DNA from: Vulcanimicrobiaceae bacterium
Lineage (GTDB): Bacteria > Vulcanimicrobiota > Vulcanimicrobiia > Vulcanimicrobiales > Vulcanimicrobiaceae
Direction of reading: 5' to 3'
DNA length: 41,946 nt
Assembly (NCBI GenBank): GCA_049964475.1
Contig: JBMFXH010000001.1
Location: 1-41,946 of the forward strand
Notes under the pieces: generated by a model
Told to the model about the DNA's origin: nothing
The model's database searches: none
What the model saw: only the letters and a program-made list of their open reading frames with translations
Translations under genes and position numbers: made by a program
Shown here: in pieces, positions 1 to 9,225 of the stretch
How positions within the stretch are numbered: the stretch's first letter is position 1
How the letters are laid out: each line of letters opens with the position of its first letter

Positions 1-734
1 CCGATAAACGGAATCACCAGTGCATCGCGATCGGCGAGCTTAAAATTGGGGAAGAGCATCGAGAGGTTGACGTACCGAATCCCGTAGGTTAGCGAATACC
101 GGCGATTGCGCACGCGATTGGAGAGCGAAGCATCGATTTGTGAACCCAGCTCGGGGGTAGAGAACCTCACCCCTTCGTCGCCATCGGCATCGTTGGTCGC
201 TTCGTACTCAACAAGGTTTGCGGTGAGGTGCGGATTGATAGCGAGATCCGCGTGCCACCGCGAGTGGAGGGTCGAATAAATGACGCTTCGGATCTCATAC
301 CGCATGCCGACGACGCGCGACGCCTGAGCGTTGGGTTCGCCGAAGAATCCGTTCGGCGGGTAAATCGATTCTTGATTGAAAACGGTTTCGCCGATCCCGA
401 TTGAGGTCATCGCGTTTACACGATACCGCAGGGCGGTGTTGAAATACGACAACTTGATGCTGTTGGGGCCGCTATAAAAACCGCCGCTCGAGCTGATCGG
501 CGTGCGACCAAGCGATGAAGCGAACTCGGCGAAGAGCGACCACCGCTTCTCGGAGGTGGTTACCCGCAGCATCGGGGCCGGTGCCAAAGAGACCGTCGAC
601 GTACTGCCGCTCTCGACGTGGCTCCCGCTCACGATGAGCGCACGTAATTCGATACGCGTGGTCGCAGCAGCGGCCGGGCGTGCGAGCGCGAAAGCAACGA
701 GAAAAAGCGCGCTGCATCGTAGGAGCGTTTTCAC
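1..734 (-). CDS. putative secreted / outer-membrane beta-barrel protein, partial (C-terminus lies left of the window)
   Basis: Absent from the ORF track because it runs off the left edge. The reverse-strand frame is open from GTG (732-734) to position 1. The N-terminus VKTLLRCSALFLVAFALARPAAAATT looks like a signal peptide. The remainder has alternating beta-strand-like segments (RYEIRSVIYS, SLTYGIRYVNLSMLF). Family not recognised. Confidence 0.5.
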   Translation of the reverse strand, partial: MKTLLRCSALFLVAFALARPAAAATTRIELRALIVSGSHVESGSTSTVSLAPAPMLRVTTSEKRWSLFAEFASSLGRTPISSSGGFYSGPNSIKLSYFNTALRYRVNAMTSIGIGETVFNQESIYPPNGFFGEPNAQASRVVGMRYEIRSVIYSTLHSRWHADLAINPHLTANLVEYEATNDADGDEGVRFSTPELGSQIDASLSNRVRNRRYSLTYGIRYVNLSMLFPNFKLADRDALVIPFI

Positions 735-799
735 GGAGAGACCTTTCATAGAGAAGTGCGATAGGAGGCGCCACATTAAACGCCCGCCGGAGGGCTCCT

Positions 800-1369
800 C
801 TACCCGGCGCGCTTTCGAGCACGAAAGCAGTCGGCACTATGGTCGTCGACGATGCCGACCGCCTGGAGATACGAATAGACGATCGTGGGGCCGACAAAAC
901 GAAAGCCGCGCGCGTACAGATCCTTCCCGATCCGAGCTGAGAGCTCGGTACTCGCCGGCAGCGCTTCGCCGCGAGGCCGATGCGTGACGATGGGCTTCCC
1001 GTCGACGTACGCCCAGAGCCAATGCGAGAACGATCCGAACGTCCGTGCGATTTCGAGAAATGCACGCGCGTTCTCGATGCTCGATTCGATCTTCCGTCGG
1101 TTCCGCACCAGGCCCGCATCGGCCATCATCGCTTCGATCTGCCGCGAACCAAACGCGGCGATGAGCTCCGGTTCAAAATTTTTGTATCGACGACGATACG
1201 CTTCGCGCTTGCGCAGGATGGTCTCCCAACTTAAGCCCGCTTGCGCGCCTTCCAGCACGAGCATCTCGAAGAGATGCCGATCCTCGTGCGAAGCGACTCC
1301 CCATTCTTCGTCGTGATAGGGAATCGAGAGTTCGCTGCTCGCCCAGGCACATCGTACCATCGATTTCAT
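800..1369 (-). CDS. tag: DNA-3-methyladenine glycosylase I
   Basis: MKSMVRCAWASSELSIPYHDEEWGV...LVLEGAQAGLSWETILRKR...GPTIVYSYLQAVGIVDDH matches the Tag family. The ATG at 1367-1369 overlaps the upstream gene's stop (ATGA). The ORF-track start at 1738 is an Arg-rich over-extension. Confidence 0.9.
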   Translation of the reverse strand: MKSMVRCAWASSELSIPYHDEEWGVASHEDRHLFEMLVLEGAQAGLSWETILRKREAYRRRYKNFEPELIAAFGSRQIEAMMADAGLVRNRRKIESSIENARAFLEIARTFGSFSHWLWAYVDGKPIVTHRPRGEALPASTELSARIGKDLYARGFRFVGPTIVYSYLQAVGIVDDHSADCFRARKRAG

Positions 1370-2247
1370 CGTCGCGGGTCTCCGTTGAGGAACGCATCGA
1401 AAAGCGAGAGCAGCATGGGGTACGTGCTCTCCGTGCGCGCGCGCGGCGAATCGGGGTCGAATGGATCGTGATTCAGCGGCTCCGTTTCCAGCTCTTCGTA
1501 GGTCGCGTCGGCACCGCGTTCTCGCCAGCGCTCGACGAGCCTGCGGGTCGCAAAATTGTTTACCGCCGGATCGCGTGCGACGACGACCGCGCGAATTTTT
1601 TGCGCGAGCGGAGCGCTCCGCCGCGCGGCTCGGAACGTCGCGTCGGCGACGCGCATCACCGCAGCGACCGCGCGTGTTGGAAAGCGCGGGTATGCGGCGG
1701 CCGGGCGGAACCGCTCGCGCAAATCGGGATCCCACCAAATGTGGAGGTTCGGAACGATCCGCGCGCCGAGCATGATCGCGCGGCTGACCGGACGAGAAAA
1801 GCGCAATACCGCAAAGCCCGGACAGACCGGGATCGCCAACGCGATGCCGTTGCGAAACTGCGCCGCGTACGCAGCGAGCGTCCCGCCGGTCGAGTGTCCC
1901 ATCACCGCCACACGTTCGCCGAGCATCGCAGCGATATCGAGTGCATCGTCGAGCGTTTCGACGAGTTCCGTACTTTTTAGCGAAGCGAGATTCGTTGTGA
2001 GGCGGTCGCTCTCGCCGTGATGCGGAAGTCGAACGGCGATGACGTTCGCCCCGCGTTCGCGCAGAGCCGGGCCGAATGCTGCAAACTGCGCCGGATTATT
2101 GGTTAACCCATGAAGCAGCAACACGCAAAGTGGGCGACGTTCTCCATGTAGCCACGCCCTCGTGCGCGCCGTCGAAAGAATATCGGGCCCGTCGAGTGCT
2201 TGCATCCGCGCGAGTGCGACGAGCCCTTCCTCATAGCGATCGTTCAT
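1366..2247 (-). CDS. alpha/beta-hydrolase (esterase/lipase-like)
   Basis: HG oxyanion motif LLLHGLTNNP and nucleophile elbow GHSTGG. It has 4-nt overlaps with both neighbours. Confidence 0.8.
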   Translation of the reverse strand: MNDRYEEGLVALARMQALDGPDILSTARTRAWLHGERRPLCVLLLHGLTNNPAQFAAFGPALRERGANVIAVRLPHHGESDRLTTNLASLKSTELVETLDDALDIAAMLGERVAVMGHSTGGTLAAYAAQFRNGIALAIPVCPGFAVLRFSRPVSRAIMLGARIVPNLHIWWDPDLRERFRPAAAYPRFPTRAVAAVMRVADATFRAARRSAPLAQKIRAVVVARDPAVNNFATRRLVERWRERGADATYEELETEPLNHDPFDPDSPRARTESTYPMLLSLFDAFLNGDPRR

Positions 2248-3134
2248 GCTTCGGTGACGATCTGCAACAACCGCGGCAAGACGCGATCGGCGAGATCGGG
2301 GTGGCGTTCGGGCTCAATGATATCGTGCGAGATTCGTAGACCTCGCAAACGCTCCTCGCGCAGGCCGACCGCTCCCGAATTCCTCCACGCCGCCATGAGG
2401 CGCCGCACCGCACGGTTGTTGACGGCCGCTTCGCGATCGTTGGTGACGGCGACGATATCGTGCGTACGCGGCGGAGATACGCGAGCATCGGCAAGCAACG
2501 CATCGGCCAATCCGTAGACGCGCGCGACTGCGTGGGTGCTGTAGCGCGGATAGCCGTGCGCCGGTAACTGCATTTCGCGTGCGATCGGATCCCACCAGGC
2601 AAAGGCATTGGGCAGACGCAAAACCGTCCGCGCCAGCACCGGCGCGACCCGATTCGGAAGCCAGGCGAAGCCGAGAAACGGCGCAATCGCAACCGCACGT
2701 TCCAATGCTTCATCGTGTGCGAGACGGAGTGCGAGCGTACCGCCGAGTGAGAACCCCACGACGGTGATGCGCTCGGCGAGCTCGCGCGTTGCCTCCAGGG
2801 CGAGATTGGAACGATCGACGAGCTCGACGGCATCGAGTTTTGCAAGCTCCGCGGTCAACCGATCGCGGCGCCCGTGCCGCGGCAGCCGCGGTACCACCAC
2901 CGCATATCCGCGCTCGGCGAGGATACGAGCGAAGCGTTCCATCTGCCCGGGGCTCGCCGTCAGGCCGTGGAGCAGGAGCGCTGCCCGCCCGTCGGGCCGG
3001 GCGGGCAAGAGGAAGAAACTGCGGCTGCGATCGGCGATCTCCGACGTATCGAGCTGCAGCAAACGTCGCAGCGCAGGCGCCGTGACGAGGGCTTTTTCTC
3101 GAGCGAGCGAGTCGTCGAGCGAGGAGGGCGGCAC
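2244..3134 (-). CDS. alpha/beta-hydrolase, paralogue of the downstream gene
   Basis: LLLHGLTASPGQ and GFSLGG motifs, with the same layout as 1366..2247. GTG start at 3132-3134, with AAGGA 8 nt upstream. Confidence 0.8.
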   Translation of the reverse strand: MPPSSLDDSLAREKALVTAPALRRLLQLDTSEIADRSRSFFLLPARPDGRAALLLHGLTASPGQMERFARILAERGYAVVVPRLPRHGRRDRLTAELAKLDAVELVDRSNLALEATRELAERITVVGFSLGGTLALRLAHDEALERAVAIAPFLGFAWLPNRVAPVLARTVLRLPNAFAWWDPIAREMQLPAHGYPRYSTHAVARVYGLADALLADARVSPPRTHDIVAVTNDREAAVNNRAVRRLMAAWRNSGAVGLREERLRGLRISHDIIEPERHPDLADRVLPRLLQIVTEA

Positions 3135-3248
3135 AACGGATATCCTTAACTCCTAGGAGCAAGTGTTCCTCGAATGCCGGATGAGAGATGCGCCCCGGCA
3201 TTCCCGCACGCAGCGGTAAACACACGTGGCGTTAAAGAGTTCGAGATC

Positions 3249-4469
3249 ATGAACGCGAGCGACCGAAGTTCCCGCTCCCTTATCGAGGCCGAAGAGCATT
3301 TCGGAGCCCATAATTACCACCCGCTCGACCTCGTCGTCGACGAAGCCCGCGGTTGTTGGTTAACCGATGTCGAAGGGAAACGCTATCTCGATTGCATCAG
3401 CGCCTACTCGGCCGTCAACCAAGGGCACTGTCATCCACGGATCGTCGCCGCGCTGGTAGAACAAGCGGGGCGCGTAACGCTCACCTCGCGCGCGATGCGC
3501 AACGATCGCCTACCGGAATTTCTCGAGCGCCTCACCCGCCTCTGCGGCTTCGAGATGGCGCTACCGATGAATACCGGCGTTGAGGCGGTGGAGACGGCGA
3601 TCAAACTCGCACGTCGCTGGGGATACGACGTGAAGGGCATCGCTCCCGATCGAGCTGAGATTATCGTCTTCACCAATAATTTCCACGGGCGTACGACGAC
3701 GGTTATCAGCGCGTCGAGCGAACCGGCATATCGTCGGTCGTTCGGCCCGTATACCCCGGGGTTCGTTCTCGTGCCGTACGGCGATGCCGATGCACTCGAA
3801 CGCTCGATCGGCCCAAACACCTGCGCGATGCTGATCGAACCCATTCAAGGCGAGGGCGGCGTGATCGTTCCGCCCGAGGGATATCTCAAACGCGCGTGGG
3901 CGATCTGCAAGGAGCACGACGTGCTTTTTCTGGGCGATGAAATCCAGACCGGATTCGGGCGAACCGGTGCGATGATGTGCCTCGACCACGACGGCATCAA
4001 ACCCGATATTCTCATCGTCGGCAAAGCCTTAGGCGGCGGCCTCTATCCGGTCTCGGCGATTCTCGCCGATCGGCCGTTGATGTCGCTATTCCAGCCCGGC
4101 GATCACGGAAGCACCTTCGGCGGCAACCCGCTGGGTAGCGCCGTTGCCGTCGCGGCGATGGACGTACTCGTAGAAGAGCGCCTCGCCGAACGCGCTCGCT
4201 ACGCCGGCGCCAAATTGATGCAGGGACTTCGAACGTTGCAATCGCCCGCGATCCGGGATGTTCGCGGACGCGGTCTCCTCGTCGGCGTCGAGTTCGATCG
4301 GCCGGCCCGACCGCTGGCGTACGCATTGCTCGAACGCGGTATCGCGGCGAAAGATACCCACGAACGCGTGTTGCGCATCGCACCGCCGCTCGTTATCACC
4401 GACGCCGAGATCGATCTCTTCCTCGAGCGACTACAAGACGCACTCGTCGTCTTCGACGCTGCGCCGTGA
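3249..4469 (+). CDS. rocD: ornithine aminotransferase (class-III PLP aminotransferase)
   Basis: EEHFGAHNYHPLDLVV...ISAYSAVNQGHCHPRIV...FHGRT...DEIQTGFGRTG...GDHGSTFGGNPL is typical of ornithine--oxo-acid transaminase. Start chosen at ATG 3249 (MNASD...). The track start at 3174 lies inside a promoter-region hairpin. Confidence 0.85.
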   Translation: MNASDRSSRSLIEAEEHFGAHNYHPLDLVVDEARGCWLTDVEGKRYLDCISAYSAVNQGHCHPRIVAALVEQAGRVTLTSRAMRNDRLPEFLERLTRLCGFEMALPMNTGVEAVETAIKLARRWGYDVKGIAPDRAEIIVFTNNFHGRTTTVISASSEPAYRRSFGPYTPGFVLVPYGDADALERSIGPNTCAMLIEPIQGEGGVIVPPEGYLKRAWAICKEHDVLFLGDEIQTGFGRTGAMMCLDHDGIKPDILIVGKALGGGLYPVSAILADRPLMSLFQPGDHGSTFGGNPLGSAVAVAAMDVLVEERLAERARYAGAKLMQGLRTLQSPAIRDVRGRGLLVGVEFDRPARPLAYALLERGIAAKDTHERVLRIAPPLVITDAEIDLFLERLQDALVVFDAAP

Positions 4470-6082
4470 ACGCGCGGCGCGAGGGATATCGCTGGGAGGT
4501 ACCACAGCATTTCTCATTCGCGCGCGACGTTATCGACGAACGCGCGTGCGATGACCGCCGGGCGCTCGTCTTTATCGATAACGACCGCAGCCGACACAAC
4601 TACACGTTTGCAGAGATCGCACTCGCATCGCAGCGCTACGCGCGCGTCTTTGCCGACGACGGCATCGGCCGCGGCGACCGCGTTCTCGTCGCACTGCCCA
4701 AACGCCCCGCATGGATCTTTACGATGCTCGCGCTCGATCGTATCGGCGCCGTTGCAATTCCGTGCGCCGAGCAACTCCGGGCGAAAGACCTGCTCTACCG
4801 TGCCGACCACGCCTCCGTCCGTGCCGTCGTGGCGTGTGCGAGCAATCGCGACGCAGTCGAGGAGATCCGCCCCGGTGCCGGTACCTGCACGCATTACTAT
4901 TTGAGTGAAGCCGACGCTGCGGGATGGGAGCGACTCGACGAACGCGCGCGGGCGTCGACACCGTTCGTTGGGATCGAAGGCGACATCGAGGATTGGAGCT
5001 ATATCATCTACACCAGCGGGACGACGAAAGATCCCAAAGGGGTCATTCACGATCGCGCCTACACTTTCGCCAAGCGCATGCAAGCGCAATTTTGGCTCGA
5101 TTGCACCCCCGACGATCTGGTTTGGAGCACGGCGGCGACCGGCTGGGCAAAATCGCTTTGGAACGTGCTGCTGGGGCCCTGGTCCTGCGGCAGCGCAATC
5201 GTTATGCACGACGGCGGCTTCGATCCCGTCGAACGCCTCGATCTGCTACGCGATCTCGGCGTCACCGTGCTCTGCCAAGCCCCCACGGAGTATCGACTCG
5301 AGGCGAAACGCGACGATCTTGGGACGCGATGGAAATTGCCGATGCTGCGCCATTGCGTGAGCGCCGGCGAACCGCTGAACCCCGAAGTGATCGAGCGCTG
5401 GAGCGCTGCGTTCGGGCTGACGATCTATGACGGTTACGGACAGACCGAGAACTCGTTGTTAATCGCCAATCTCCCCGGCGACGAACTCCGTATCGGCGCG
5501 ATGGGGCGCCCGACGCCGGGGCATGAGGTCGCCGTTGTCGATGAAGACGGCTTCCCCTGCGATGTCGATGTCGTCGGGGACATTGGCCTTCGCGGCACTC
5601 CGCCGACGCTTTTTAAAGGCTATCTCCACGATGAAGAGCAGAGCTTGGCGACGCGACGCGGGCAGTGGTATCTCACCGGCGACCGCGCACGCGTCGATGC
5701 CGACGGCTATTTCTGGTTCGTGGGGCGCGCCGACGACGTCATCTCCTCGGGCGCGTATCGAATCGGCCCATTCGAAGTCGAGAGCGCGCTGCTCGAACAC
5801 CCGGCCGTCGCCGAATCCGCTGTCGTCGGCAGCCCCGACGCCGACCGCGGCAATATCGTGAAGGCGTTCGTGGTGTTGCGCAGCGGATTTACCGCCGGCG
5901 AACATCTCGTTCGCGAGTTACAAGAGCACTGTAAACGCGTTACCGCCCCATATAAGTATCCACGCGCGATCGAATTTGTCGACGAGTTACCAAAGACGCG
6001 CTCGGGAAAGATTCGGCGCGTCGAGCTCCGACAACGCGAGCTCGACCGCAAAGGGCGCAGCGCGGCGAGCGGCCAGGTCTAA
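4466..6082 (+). CDS. AMP-dependent acyl-CoA synthetase/ligase (medium-chain type)
   Basis: AMP-binding signature YTSGTTKDPKGV, plus GYGQTE, YLTGDRA and C-terminal PKTRSGKIRR. The GTG start overlaps the rocD stop (GTGA). Confidence 0.85.
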   Translation: MNARREGYRWEVPQHFSFARDVIDERACDDRRALVFIDNDRSRHNYTFAEIALASQRYARVFADDGIGRGDRVLVALPKRPAWIFTMLALDRIGAVAIPCAEQLRAKDLLYRADHASVRAVVACASNRDAVEEIRPGAGTCTHYYLSEADAAGWERLDERARASTPFVGIEGDIEDWSYIIYTSGTTKDPKGVIHDRAYTFAKRMQAQFWLDCTPDDLVWSTAATGWAKSLWNVLLGPWSCGSAIVMHDGGFDPVERLDLLRDLGVTVLCQAPTEYRLEAKRDDLGTRWKLPMLRHCVSAGEPLNPEVIERWSAAFGLTIYDGYGQTENSLLIANLPGDELRIGAMGRPTPGHEVAVVDEDGFPCDVDVVGDIGLRGTPPTLFKGYLHDEEQSLATRRGQWYLTGDRARVDADGYFWFVGRADDVISSGAYRIGPFEVESALLEHPAVAESAVVGSPDADRGNIVKAFVVLRSGFTAGEHLVRELQEHCKRVTAPYKYPRAIEFVDELPKTRSGKIRRVELRQRELDRKGRSAASGQV

Positions 6083-6086
6083 TGCG

Positions 6087-6114
6087 GTCGACGGAGCACT
6101 AGCGCTCCGTCGAC
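6087..6114. terminator. 11-bp perfect inverted repeat between convergent genes (possible bidirectional terminator)
   Basis: gtcgacggagc-actagc-gctccgtcgac. It lies 5 nt after the synthetase stop and overlaps the stop of the 6099..6623 gene. The U-tract is poor. Confidence 0.4.
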
Positions 6115-6623
6115 GATTTCGTCGAGGAGCGTCGGTGCTGCAGAATGACAATCGCCGCCACGAAGATGACCGAGACGAGCGAAAGCACGAAAAGATCGAC
6201 GCTGCTCTTGGATATCCACGTCAAGCCTTTCGGTGCGGCCGGATGGATTTCTTGGATCGTGATGACCAAGACGCGGCGGACCGTGGCGATCACGGCAATC
6301 AAGAGAAACGGTATCGCCGAGAGCCCTTTCCCGCGAATCGATATGACGACGGTATAGGTGATCTCCGAAATCATCAGGATCAGGAGGACGAGATCGATAA
6401 AGTGTGCGGTCGCTTCGACCAGTGAGTCTCCACCGACGGTAAAGAGCGCAATCGCTTCACGTACGCCGTGAATTGCCAGCGCTACTGCGGCGACAAAGAG
6501 CAGCAACCCCACGAACACGAACATGATTCGTTCGCCGAGTGCGAGTAGACTTGCGAACCGGTCGAACGTGCCGATGTGACCGCCATGTTCGAGGATTTCG
6601 CGTTCTTCGGGTTGCTGCTCCAT
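6099..6623 (-). CDS. PsiE-like integral membrane protein
   Basis: Four hydrophobic helices. The pattern HFIDLVLLILMISEITYTVV...FLLIAVIATVRRVLVI resembles the phosphate-starvation-inducible PsiE family. Called from memory, not searched. Confidence 0.5.
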   Translation of the reverse strand: MEQQPEEREILEHGGHIGTFDRFASLLALGERIMFVFVGLLLFVAAVALAIHGVREAIALFTVGGDSLVEATAHFIDLVLLILMISEITYTVVISIRGKGLSAIPFLLIAVIATVRRVLVITIQEIHPAAPKGLTWISKSSVDLFVLSLVSVIFVAAIVILQHRRSSTKSSTER

Positions 6624-6632
6624 TGCCTCGAC

Positions 6633-8492
6633 CTACTTCGTGTAGGGTTTCACGACCTGCGAGAGCCGATCGGGGACGCCTTTTATGCGCACCAGATGCG
6701 GATAACGAAGGCCGCCGGTATATTGGATTTGGACCGTACGGTAGACGTCGCTATGCTCGACTAACAGCGTAATCGGTTGCTTCGATTTCGTCGCGTCGGC
6801 GATCGCTTGTGCCAGCACCGGCGCGGTGTAGCCCCGTCCGTCGACCGCAACGATACGCGTATCGATTCCCAACGTAGCATTTGCGGCGGGAGAGCCGAAG
6901 CGAACGTCGCCGATTTCGCCGTCGTTTACCGCCAGCCCGATCGAGTACCAAAAGTTACTCTTCGGCACCCAGAGCGTCGGCTTCGTCGTATAGACGAGTT
7001 TCCAACCATCGGGCGTAAACCCGTTTGCCGGGTGCGGCGCGATATTATCGATCCACTTGTGGAAGAATCCGGCCCAATTATAGGGCAACACTTTATTGAG
7101 ACCGGCGATGATGTCTTTGCGCGTGTAGGTAACGACGATCGGCCCGGTCGTTTTCCCACCGAAGAATTCACGAGCGAACGTATCGAGCGATTTCTTATCA
7201 TGGGTTTTCGCGCGAATAATGCTGTCGGCACGCAGCCACATGAGCGCGCCTTCAACGTAGAAATCGACACTGCGTCGTTCCGCGTTGTAGCCGTAGGGTG
7301 CGGCATAAAGGAACGGCGCCGAGGTTGCCGTGTCGCCCAGCGTTCGCCACATGCGCCCGGGCTCGTTGTCGTAATAGGCATACATCGCGGCAACTTGGTT
7401 GGGCCACTGTTTTGCCGGGCGAATGCCGTCGCGGAACGACATAACGTCTCCGTAGTATTGCGTCATGCCTTCGTAGACCCAAAGGAGCGAGTCATTATAG
7501 GGGATCTGCAGGTTATCGGGGTAGAGGCCCGCCGGCATTCGATATTTTCCATCCCACGAATGATTGAACTCGTGCGAGAGCAAATCGCCGCCGCGAACGA
7601 AATCCTTATGGTTAAGAAAATACGACCCGGTCTCGCCGTCGTCGCTGGATTCGTGGTGTTCGATCCCTTCGCCCGGCATTTGGTCGGAGAGCGTCAGCAG
7701 GAAATTGTAATTGCGCCAGTGGCGGGCACCGTACATCGCCATCATCTCGCGGACGAGCTTTGCGTAGTGCGGTTCGCCGATCTTTGCGGAGTTCGCTTCG
7801 TGCTGCGTGTCTGCAAAGACGTTGAGATAGGCGCTCGCGCTTCCTTGGTGCCAAATGCGTTTCCGATACACGTGCGTCCCCGCATCGAGCGGCGAATCGA
7901 TAAGGTGCTCGAGAGAAACCTCGTCGAACGTAACGGTATCGCCGGAACGGCTCGCACCGGTCAGCGCCGTCGCGAATTTCCAGGCGGGGCCCGGTAGCAC
8001 GATCGACGGCTTGAAAAACGTGTCTTGAATCGTCCCGGTTGAGGGATAGAGCAAGTTCTGGTTCCACGTCGTGACGAATAAATTATGGGTGGCGAGTCGC
8101 GACGAAGAATAATGGCCGAAAGTCGCACCGAGATAGGTAAAATGTACGTCGATCGCCGAAGCACCGGCCGGCACGTCGAACGTAAATGCAAACATATTCA
8201 GCGGATCGCGGCGCCAGGGGATCCGTTTCCCATCTGCCGTGATGACCAGCGACGAAACGTTGGCGATCGGGCCGACCGGTTGGTGCTCTCCGGGTATCCA
8301 CTTGGGATAGTAGAGCGTCATCGGCCCCGGGGAAGCCGGAATGACTTCGTGCGTGAAGACGATGTTCTGCGTCGGCGCCTGCCGCGCGTCGAGTTGGAGC
8401 TGAATCGGTTGGGTTGCCGCCTTCAACGGCGCATACCCCAGCGAACACAGCAACAGGGAGAGGCCGAGGCCTCGAATCAGATGAGTGCGCAT
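6633..8492 (-). CDS. M61 family glycyl aminopeptidase with C-terminal PDZ domain, secreted
   Basis: Zinc motif HEFNHSW and a PDZ-like segment GSPAANATLGIDTRIVAVDG. Start trimmed to ATG 8492, giving the signal peptide MRTHLIRGLGLSLLLCSLGYAPLKAA. Confidence 0.8.
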   Translation of the reverse strand: MRTHLIRGLGLSLLLCSLGYAPLKAATQPIQLQLDARQAPTQNIVFTHEVIPASPGPMTLYYPKWIPGEHQPVGPIANVSSLVITADGKRIPWRRDPLNMFAFTFDVPAGASAIDVHFTYLGATFGHYSSSRLATHNLFVTTWNQNLLYPSTGTIQDTFFKPSIVLPGPAWKFATALTGASRSGDTVTFDEVSLEHLIDSPLDAGTHVYRKRIWHQGSASAYLNVFADTQHEANSAKIGEPHYAKLVREMMAMYGARHWRNYNFLLTLSDQMPGEGIEHHESSDDGETGSYFLNHKDFVRGGDLLSHEFNHSWDGKYRMPAGLYPDNLQIPYNDSLLWVYEGMTQYYGDVMSFRDGIRPAKQWPNQVAAMYAYYDNEPGRMWRTLGDTATSAPFLYAAPYGYNAERRSVDFYVEGALMWLRADSIIRAKTHDKKSLDTFAREFFGGKTTGPIVVTYTRKDIIAGLNKVLPYNWAGFFHKWIDNIAPHPANGFTPDGWKLVYTTKPTLWVPKSNFWYSIGLAVNDGEIGDVRFGSPAANATLGIDTRIVAVDGRGYTAPVLAQAIADATKSKQPITLLVEHSDVYRTVQIQYTGGLRYPHLVRIKGVPDRLSQVVKPYTK

Positions 8493-8527
8493 GCGAACGC
8501 GGTACGCGTTCGGCAGACGGCTCCCTG

Positions 8528-9115
8528 CTACGTGCGCGCGCGAAGCACGAAGTGGTACGGAAACTCCGGCGCGTCGATCGGCTCGATGCGAGCGAAGCCC
8601 CGCGATTGCAGGCGAGCGATCGCTTCGTCGCGCGTATGCGAATGTTCGCGCGGCGGCCCGACGGGGCGCTCGATACCGGCATCCCAATCGATGACGAGCA
8701 TCCAGCCCTCGGGCGAGAGCGCAGCCCGCACCGGGTTCAGATCGAGGTCGGTCATCTCGTGGAGCACGTTGAGGAGCAGAATTCGGTCGGCAGGTGGGCC
8801 GGCGGGCGTGTCCCCGGTAACGACGTTATCGAATTTGCCCTCGAGGCAGCGCTCGGCGATAATCCGCACGAATCCCGGCTGCGTATCGACGGCGACGACA
8901 AAGGCATCCGGGTGCGCCTTCGCGATCGCGAACGTATAGCGGCCGGTTCCGGCGCCAAGATCGATGACCCGACCCTCTCGCGGAACCTCAAGGCGTCCGA
9001 CGATCGCCGCTGCGGGCATGTATTCCTCGCGAGCCGGGTCGTCGAGCCTCGCGGCGCGTTCGGGCGAGAAGAGTTCGGGCTGCCGGGCTCCGGTACGATC
9101 TTGAATGTCGCTCAT
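8528..9115 (-). CDS. class I SAM-dependent methyltransferase
   Basis: Motif I VIDLGAGTGRYT and a post-I acidic residue (VAVD). Confidence 0.8.
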   Translation of the reverse strand: MSDIQDRTGARQPELFSPERAARLDDPAREEYMPAAAIVGRLEVPREGRVIDLGAGTGRYTFAIAKAHPDAFVVAVDTQPGFVRIIAERCLEGKFDNVVTGDTPAGPPADRILLLNVLHEMTDLDLNPVRAALSPEGWMLVIDWDAGIERPVGPPREHSHTRDEAIARLQSRGFARIEPIDAPEFPYHFVLRART

Positions 9116-9225
9116 CGCCGCGGGATTCGGCGCGATAGGCTCGCGCTCCGTTTAGGCTTCGGCCGCGCAGAGCCGCGCGCGACGCCCGGGAGCCCGAACG
9201 GCCGGCTGGCTCGGCCGGTTGGAAT

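Noticed and set aside
472-1119. Track ORFs 472..1119(-), 502..987(+) and 885..1316(+) around the tag / edge-gene junction
   Set aside because: They are out of frame with the two supported genes (the signal-peptide protein at 1..734 and tag at 800..1369) and have Arg/Ser-rich composition.
3174-3248. Upstream ATG (3174) for rocD
   Set aside because: It adds 25 non-conserved residues and starts inside the 3172-3203 inverted repeat. The family alignment and the SD-like AAAGAG favour ATG 3249.
6777-7997. Long antisense ORFs such as 6777..7997(+), 17813..18637(-), 19343..20140(-), 25725..26798(+), 28209..28940(+) and 32476..34092(+)
   Set aside because: These are shadow ORFs opposite well-supported genes (M61 peptidase, pheT, SARP, lon, permease). 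They have Arg-rich low-complexity translations and no motifs, which is the expected artefact of high GC content.
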